A DNA stretch of 64,000 nt from a virus, in IMG/VR virus record IMGVR_UViG_3300042975_000098; one strand, given 5' to 3'. The notes beneath the pieces are model-generated. The model did not search any database, was not told the origin of the DNA, and saw nothing but the letters and a program-made list of their open reading frames with translations. Positions 57,353 to 64,000 of this stretch are shown piece by piece; within the stretch, counting starts at the first letter, position 1, and the number at the start of each line of letters is the position of its first letter. The position numbers and the translations under genes are program-made.

Positions 57353-59863
57353 ATGACAGTTTCAACAGTTTCGACAATGGAAGCCACGGCCGCGTCAAGT
57401 GAAAACTCAGATGATGTCGCACGCCCGCTGGACGAGGACACGATACTCGTCCGGAAGCGCGATGGACGCATCGTGGATTTCGATGAGTACAACATCTACC
57501 ATGCAGTGGTCATGGCCCTACGAGAGACGAACACCGAGGTCACCGACGACATCGCAGCCGACATCAACGACATCGCCACGCAGGTCAAGAAGGCCATCAC
57601 GGAACGGTACACGCAGCCGGTCCACATCGAGGACATCCAGACGCTCGTGGAGCAGGGCATCATCGGCAAGGGCTGGTATGACACCGCGAAGCACTACTCG
57701 TCATACCGCACCAGCCGCGATATCAAACGCGCGAAGGCGAAGGATGTCAACCATGCGGTGGAATCGCTAATAAGGAAGGATGAATCTATTGTAAATGAGA
57801 ACGCGAACAAAGACGCCAACATTTATTCCACGCAAAGGGATCTACTTTCCGGCGCCATCTCCAAGGCCGAGGCGCTCAAACTGCTGCCCGCCGACGTCGC
57901 CAACGCCCACATGAAGGGCGACATCCATTATCATGACGCGGACTACTCGCCGTTCACCGCCATGAGCAACTGCTCGCTGCCCGATTTCGCCGGCATGCTC
58001 GCCAACGGGTTCTCGCTCGGCAACGCGCAGATGGACTCGCCGCACAGCATCGAGACCGCCGCCACGCAGATCACGCAGATCATGCAGGACGTCGCCAGCA
58101 GCCAGTACGGCGGGCAGACGCTCAACCGGGCCGACGAGGTGCTCGCGCGGTACGCCATGCTCAACTACGCGAAGAACCTCGACAGCGCCAGCATGGTCAT
58201 GCCCGACGGCATGGGCGTCGGCACCGCCGCCGGCATCGTCTCCGGGTTCAAGAAGCGTGAGAACAGCACCCTTCACATCGCCGACAGGCCGGCGATCGTC
58301 GACGAACCCGAGGACGGGCTTACGGGCCTCGCGGCGCAGCGTGACCTGTACGCGAAGATCCTCACGCGCAAGGACATCTATGACGCCATGCAGACCATGG
58401 AGTACCAGATCAACTCGAACAGGACGTCATGCGGGCAGACCCCGTTCGTCACCGTCGGCTTCGGTCTCGGCACCACATGGGCCGCCCGCGAGGTCACGCG
58501 ATGCATCTTCCTCATCCGCATCGGCGGTCTCGGCAAGGAGCACCGCACCGCCATCTTCCCCAAGCTCACCTACACCATCAGGCACGGCGTGAACAGCGAG
58601 CCCGGCGACCCGAACTACGATCTCAAGCAACTGGCGCTCGAATGCTCCACCAAGCGCATGTACCCCGACATCCTCTTCTACGACAACATCGTGAAGGTCA
58701 CCGGCTCATTCAAGGCCCCAATGGGCTGCCGATCCTTCCTGCAGGGCTGGATCAACCCGGAGACAGGCGAGGACGAGGAGGAGGGCCGCATGAACCTCGG
58801 CGTCGTCACCGTCAACCTTCCGCGAATCGCGCTGGAATCACACGGGGACGTCAGGAAGTTCTGGAGGAAGCTCAACCAGCGGCTGACGATCGCCCACCAT
58901 GCGCTCGCGTTCCGCATCAAGCGGTGCCGGGAGGCGCAGCCGATCAACGCGCCCACGCTGTGGCAGTACGGCGCGTTCGGACGGCTGGCGCATGACGGCG
59001 ATGTGGACTCGCTCATGAGGAACTCGCGGTCCACCGTATCACTCGGCTACATCGGTCTCTACGAGACCACGGCCGCGTTCTACGGGCGCGATTGGGTCAA
59101 CGACTGGGGCTGGGATGACGATGCGCACGACTTCGCGATCAGCGTCATCAGGCACATGGACGAACTGTGCAAGAAGTGGGAGGACGCCGAGGGCTACCAT
59201 TACTCCGTGTACGGCACGCCGGCGGAATCGCTCACGGACCGTTTCTCCAAGGCCGATCGGGTCAAGTTCGGTAGCGTGCCCGGCATCACCGACCACGACT
59301 TCTACACGAACTCGTTCCACCGCCCCGTGTGGCTGAGCGGCAACCCGGGCGCCGGCGAGCCGTCAGCGTCCGTCCGCGAAGTGATGGCGCGCCCGCGATG
59401 GCACGCGGCCGAGGACGGCGGCGCGTTCTCGAAGCTCGACTTCGAGCAGCCGTTCCTCAAGTACACGGCCGGCGGGCACATCGTGTACGTGGAATACCCG
59501 TCGCTCCAACAGAACCCGAAGGCGCTCGAAGCGGTGTGGGACTATGCGTACTCCATCGGCATCGATTACCTCGGCTCGAACTCGCCCATCGACCATTGCT
59601 TCAAGTGCGGGTACGAGGGTGATTTCAAGCCGACCGAGGATGGCTATGAGTGCCCGACGTGCGGGAACCACGACCCGTTGAAATGCGATGTTACTAAGCG
59701 CACATGCGGGTACCTAGGTAACCCGGTCCAGCGTCCCATGATTCATGGTCGGCATGAGGAACTGATTCATCGTCGCAAGGAGATGCAAGGCGAGACCGGT
59801 AAGATATCCCTGAAAAACGGCGGTACCAAAGAGTTCTACGATGATCGCGCAGTGAATATGTGA
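57353..59863 (+). CDS. nrdD: Anaerobic (class III) ribonucleotide reductase
   Basis: ATP cone VRKRDGR, NENANKD, HYHD, NCSL, PMGCRSFL, YGTPAESL, YTNSFH, C..C..CPTC, RTCGYLG. Confidence 0.97.
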   Translation: MTVSTVSTMEATAASSENSDDVARPLDEDTILVRKRDGRIVDFDEYNIYHAVVMALRETNTEVTDDIAADINDIATQVKKAITERYTQPVHIEDIQTLVEQGIIGKGWYDTAKHYSSYRTSRDIKRAKAKDVNHAVESLIRKDESIVNENANKDANIYSTQRDLLSGAISKAEALKLLPADVANAHMKGDIHYHDADYSPFTAMSNCSLPDFAGMLANGFSLGNAQMDSPHSIETAATQITQIMQDVASSQYGGQTLNRADEVLARYAMLNYAKNLDSASMVMPDGMGVGTAAGIVSGFKKRENSTLHIADRPAIVDEPEDGLTGLAAQRDLYAKILTRKDIYDAMQTMEYQINSNRTSCGQTPFVTVGFGLGTTWAAREVTRCIFLIRIGGLGKEHRTAIFPKLTYTIRHGVNSEPGDPNYDLKQLALECSTKRMYPDILFYDNIVKVTGSFKAPMGCRSFLQGWINPETGEDEEEGRMNLGVVTVNLPRIALESHGDVRKFWRKLNQRLTIAHHALAFRIKRCREAQPINAPTLWQYGAFGRLAHDGDVDSLMRNSRSTVSLGYIGLYETTAAFYGRDWVNDWGWDDDAHDFAISVIRHMDELCKKWEDAEGYHYSVYGTPAESLTDRFSKADRVKFGSVPGITDHDFYTNSFHRPVWLSGNPGAGEPSASVREVMARPRWHAAEDGGAFSKLDFEQPFLKYTAGGHIVYVEYPSLQQNPKALEAVWDYAYSIGIDYLGSNSPIDHCFKCGYEGDFKPTEDGYECPTCGNHDPLKCDVTKRTCGYLGNPVQRPMIHGRHEELIHRRKEMQGETGKISLKNGGTKEFYDDRAVNM

Positions 59864-59878
59864 CGCATCGACTCCATG

Positions 59879-59926
59879 GCGCGGGCGGGGAACCATTCAC
59901 ACTGGTTTCCCGCCCGCGCTTTTTTG
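59879..59926 (+). terminator. Rho-independent terminator after nrdD
   Basis: gcgggcgggg-aacca..tggtt-tcccgcccgc stem followed by tttttt. Confidence 0.75.
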
Positions 59927-59984
59927 TCTTCCTTCGCATACGCGCTTAGTAACGTCGTATGTTGTTTTATGGTATCATGGAGAC

Positions 59985-61773
59985 ATGAAAATACATGATG
60001 TGCTGGCGAACGCCATCGAACAGGGAATCGGCGAGCGCGCGGCGGCAAGAGCAAACGACATCCCTCTACATGAACTCCGACGCGAGGAATCGAGGACTGG
60101 CGATCATCTCCGCGGATTCCCGAAAAGCACTGCGACTCATCCCCTATGAGCAGCTTCTTCATATGCTCACGGTCGATCAGACCCCTATGGCGGGGATATC
60201 GGACGAACTGCAGGTATCGCGTTCGATGGTGGGATCGGCCATCAAGTTCTACCGAATCGATATAAGCCCGGAGACCAAGGCGGTGATGAGGAGGAAGGCG
60301 TATGACATAGCGCGGAGCAAGTATCGCGCCATGTGCGCCGATCCCGTGAGAGGCAAGAAGATTCGAGAGAAGACCAAGGCCACGAACATGCGCAAGTACG
60401 GCGTGGAATCCCCAACCCAATCTCCTGACGTCAAGGCACGGATTAACAAGACGCTGCGAAGGAAATACGGGAAGGGCGGGAGTCCGTTCGCCAACAAGTC
60501 GGTGCGCGACAAGGCGACGAAGACCATGATTGAACGTTACGGCGTTGACATCTCATGGAAATCGGAAGAAGTCAAAGCGAAGATACGCCGAACTAACATA
60601 CAACGCTACGGCGATGCAGTCGCCACGCGTTCGCCTGCGGTGAAGAACAAGTCCATGAACACCAACATGGAACGGTACGGCGTGAAATGGAATACCGTGT
60701 CGCCTGAGGCTAGGGCGAAAGCCAAGGCATCGTACATGCGCCATTACGGCGTGGATAACCCGTCGAAATCACCGGAAGTCCTTAACAAGATCGCCAAATC
60801 CATGAACAGGGGCGAATCAGCCAACGAGAAGATGGTCGCCGACCTTCTCGATTCCATTGGGGTGGCTTACAGGGTGAACGACCATGGCATGATTGGTCAG
60901 GAACTCGATTTCGTCATCCCCTCCGCGAAACTTGCGATAGAAGTATCACCATGTTTCACTCATCATAGCAATGAATCACAGGTTCTCACCATCAAGCCCA
61001 AGAAGAGATCCTACCATAAGCATAAGCATGATATGGTCGAACAGCTTGGTTACGAACTCATCACGCTGACGGATTCGCATATGACGAGGGACCGGTGGCG
61101 CGACCTGACCGCACCGTTCCTCACGCTGAAGACAACGGGAAGAGCCGAACATGTCATGTACGGTCGTAACGTCACGATATCACACGAGACCACGAGAAGC
61201 GGAAGACGCGAATGCGGATCGTTCATAGACAAGTATCACTTCAGCGGCAACACGCCGGCGAGCGATTATTTCTCGGTGCGCGATGCTGGCGGGGCGATGG
61301 TCGGCGCGTTCTCCCTACGGAAGCCGAGGAAGTCAACAGGCGGCGTCATCGAACTCGCCAGACTCGTATGGCGCAATGACGTACAGGTAAGGTACGGTCT
61401 GTCAAAAATCGTCCACACGATAGCAAGAACCATACCCGCCAACACTCTGCTATCCTACTCGGATAACTCCATGGGCAACGGCTACTCGTACATGAGGGCC
61501 GGCTTCGCATATCAGGGCGACACGGAGCCCGGTCTCCACTTCGTGAACCCGCATGACCCGATGGACAACTACTCGTGGCAGGTGGCGACGCCATGGGGAG
61601 CCAAGAGCGGCATCATAGCAAGACTGATACGCCCCATGGAGATCACGAAGAAAGAAGCGAAGATCATCGTGGAGAAAGACCTCCCCCATAGAAGCGATGA
61701 CGGTAAGGGATACTTCGCCTATTATGACACCGGCAGTAAAAGATGGGAATATGATCTTCGCTCCCTACGGTGA
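59985..61773 (+). CDS. Second free-standing endonuclease-like protein with (K/R)YG helical repeats, nuclease and Hef-like C-terminal domain (probable +1 frameshift near 60087)
   Basis: Six T...(K/R/H)YG repeats, ELDFVIP..LAIEV, FIDKYHFSG..ELAR..GLSK..SYSD..G..Y..GF..YDTG; GGTATCAT with 6 nt before ATG 59985. Confidence 0.7.
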
Positions 61774-61859
61774 CCGCTGATACCCCCTGACCGCAACCGC
61801 CTGTGGACCCGCGCATCCCGTTGATATTAGTGCTTCACCAAACGATTCTGGAGGACCAA

Positions 61860-62288
61860 ATGGCTGATGAACTGAAGAACGACACTGTGAAGACCGAGAC
61901 CGAGACCGTCGCGCCGGACGGGGACGCCGCGGAAACGGCGACGCCGGCCGCTGGCGATGCGGGTCTCGCCGAACGGCTGGACACGCTGGAGCGCGAGTCC
62001 ACGACGAAGACGAGCTGGCTTCGCTCCGTGCTCGTGATGGCGGCCTCCGTCCTGCTGGTGGTGCCCATTCCCGTCACCTACCTCACCGTGAAGGTGCTGC
62101 TGTTCGTGGCGTTGATCTACGGTTCGGTGTTCTCGTTGAAGAACGATTGGGTCGACAAGGAGACCGGCAAGCTGTCCCGCGGCGCGTGGACGCTGAGCGT
62201 GGTGTCATCGATCACCGTGGTGCTCTGCGTGACGTTCCTGTTCACGAAGGTCGCGTGGATGCTGCAGGCGCTGGCCCTGCTTCGCTGA
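61860..62288 (+). CDS. Three-TM membrane protein
   Basis: SD GGAGG, ATG 61860; GATATT at 61823. Confidence 0.65.
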   Translation: MADELKNDTVKTETETVAPDGDAAETATPAAGDAGLAERLDTLERESTTKTSWLRSVLVMAASVLLVVPIPVTYLTVKVLLFVALIYGSVFSLKNDWVDKETGKLSRGAWTLSVVSSITVVLCVTFLFTKVAWMLQALALLR

Positions 62289-62383
62289 CCCCGGCAAGGT
62301 AGGCACGACGGGCGCCCCGTTCGACATGACGTCGGCGGGGCGTTCGCGACCGCGGGCGGCGGCGGCGACGCGCGCACGCGACG

Positions 62384-63145
62384 ATGAGTGGAATCGATGA
62401 GCCATGTGAGGATTGGTTCGGGAATGGGGATGTTGCGGTGAGTGATGGGTTCAGGCATGTGTCAAGACGTGACTACGCCGCCGGCGAGAGCGGTCGCGGG
62501 CCATCGGTGCCGTACGCCGGCGCGAACAACCCGAGGGCGGGGCAGTGGGACGGGCGGCGCATGAGCAGGAGCATGGTGGCCGATTACAAGCCGTTCGTGG
62601 TCACGGACGGCGAGGGGATGCGATGCTCGATCTATGTGAGTGGGTGCTCGTTCGCCTGTCTTCACTGCTTCAACGAGTCGATATGGGATTACCGGGCCGG
62701 CAGACCATATGATGACGATCTCGAGGAGCGGATCATGCGTGACCTGTCGATACGCCAGGTCGCCGGGCTCACCCTGCTGGGCGGCGAGCCGTTCCTGAAC
62801 ACGCCGATGCTCCTGCGGCTGTGCCATAGGGTGCGCGAGGAGTTCGGCCATGACAAGACGATATGGTCGTGGACCGGGTACGCGTTCGAGGAGCTCATGC
62901 GCCCCGGTGAGACGCCGGATAAGCGCGCGCTGCTCGATTACGTTGACGTCCTCGTCGACGGTCGCTTCGTGGACGCGTTGAAGGACCCGTCCCTCCAGTT
63001 CCGCGGCTCGGGCAACCAGCGTATCCTCGACATGCCGGCGTCGTTGGCGGCCGGCCGCCCGGTGCCGTGGTCGCGTCTTCATGACGGTGCGCCGGTGAGA
63101 TACATGCATGGTGATGACCGGACGGCGGCGGAGGGCGGCGACTGA
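62384..63145 (+). CDS. nrdG: Anaerobic RNR activating radical-SAM protein (true start probably further downstream)
   Basis: DGEGMRCSIYVSGCSFACLHCFN, LLGGEP, WSWTGY, DVLVDGRF, FRGSGNQR. Confidence 0.95.
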   Translation: MSGIDEPCEDWFGNGDVAVSDGFRHVSRRDYAAGESGRGPSVPYAGANNPRAGQWDGRRMSRSMVADYKPFVVTDGEGMRCSIYVSGCSFACLHCFNESIWDYRAGRPYDDDLEERIMRDLSIRQVAGLTLLGGEPFLNTPMLLRLCHRVREEFGHDKTIWSWTGYAFEELMRPGETPDKRALLDYVDVLVDGRFVDALKDPSLQFRGSGNQRILDMPASLAAGRPVPWSRLHDGAPVRYMHGDDRTAAEGGD

Positions 63146-63328
63146 CGTTCGCGGGCGAATCGTAGGCGAACTCGGCGGCGGCTCCATGAGACTCGGCGAC
63201 CCGCAGGTCATTACGTATGATCTGCGGGCCGCCGAGTCATCTCCGATGCTGGACGGCTACATGTCCGGCCAGACCGTCGGGCGAACGCCAACGGGGGCGG
63301 GGCGAGAACCGGGACGAGGGGGCGGGGT

Positions 63329-64000
63329 TCAGAAGCTCCCTCCGAACCCGCCCCCTGATGAGGACCCGCCGTCGAAGCCGCCCGAGAACGATGAAATGGA
63401 TGATGACCCGTAATCATAATTGTCCGATGACGAGGAGGCTGACGAGTACGATGGCGAACTGTGCGGGGTGTTCGCAGCGATGCTGTAGTCCGATTGGTTC
63501 GACTGGTACATGAGCCACATCCACATCCACATGCTCGTGTTGTTAAGCGCGACATCGCCGTTCAGCGATCTCGATTCCGCATTTTCGATGAACCTGTTCT
63601 TATCGAAATCGGGGTCGTTCACGACCTTCGGGTGCTTCGCCGCGAACTCGTCATACGCCTTGGACACCTTGCTCTTGTTGTCCTCGATGCGATCGAGCGC
63701 GTTATCCACGTCCCTGTTGACGGTTCCCATGGCGATGGCGCCGCCAAGCCACCATCGGCTCGTGTCGCACAGGCCGATGGCCTGCTCGATGTCATCAGAG
63801 GATACCGAGCGGCTCTTTGAAAGCTGATCGGGAAGCACGTACTTTATGTAGTATTCGTGGGCGTTCTTCTCGAAATCATCGTCGCCGGGCTTCGACTCAT
63901 CGTTGACGAGGCGACGGCATATGTCATCGAGGCCCTCCGAAGGCACCGTCGACTCGTCCATGCCGATGGCGGACAGCCCGTCCATGATCGATTTCCTCCG
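63329..64000 (-). CDS. C-terminal part of a protein with a Ser/Gly-rich tail (DUF5129/TPM-associated type); start outside window
   Basis: Open frame to the window edge, ends SSFSGGFDGGSSSGGGFGGSF; only credible minus-strand gene. Confidence 0.6.
   Translation of the reverse strand, partial: RRKSIMDGLSAIGMDESTVPSEGLDDICRRLVNDESKPGDDDFEKNAHEYYIKYVLPDQLSKSRSVSSDDIEQAIGLCDTSRWWLGGAIAMGTVNRDVDNALDRIEDNKSKVSKAYDEFAAKHPKVVNDPDFDKNRFIENAESRSLNGDVALNNTSMWMWMWLMYQSNQSDYSIAANTPHSSPSYSSASSSSDNYDYGSSSISSFSGGFDGGSSSGGGFGGSF

Noticed and set aside
55162-57430. Group I intron in nrdD carrying the endonuclease
   Set aside because: Too little non-coding sequence for an intron core, no P/Q/R/S elements recognised, and DDVA(K/R)PL is duplicated on both sides rather than interrupted

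Overview
GC-rich, actinobacterial-looking DNA (NrdD and NrdG resemble Bifidobacterium-type proteins). Almost every gene is on the + strand. It looks like a large self-replicating conjugative element (megaplasmid or ICE-like) rather than host chromosome, and no capsid or tail genes are visible. It encodes its own replisome (SSB, DnaB, DnaC-like loader, DnaG, DnaE, delta-like subunit, GyrB/ParE, 5'-3' exonuclease), recombination and repair genes (RadA, RecA, SbcC/SbcD, RecB/Cas4-like nuclease) and nucleotide metabolism (ThyX, NrdD, NrdG). These are interleaved with a scattered Tad/Flp pilus set and Gram-positive T4SS-like genes. Main findings: (1) an FtsK-like ATPase broken into separate genes that carry class-3 split-intein fragments, implying a missing third piece and double trans-splicing; (2) a promoter-like motif YGATATT exactly 8 nt before the ATG of seven dispersed pilus/conjugation genes, while other genes use GGTATAAT; (3) a VirB4-like ATPase split in two; (4) a candidate structured ncRNA starting at the position this motif predicts; (5) a three-copy 129-bp repeat whose palindrome core is flipped in one copy; (6) two free-standing endonuclease genes flanking nrdD, with a stranded nrdD 5' remnant, NrdR-like boxes and recoded patches. 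About eight +1 frameshifts are probably sequencing artefacts. All family calls come from motif recognition by eye, not database searches.
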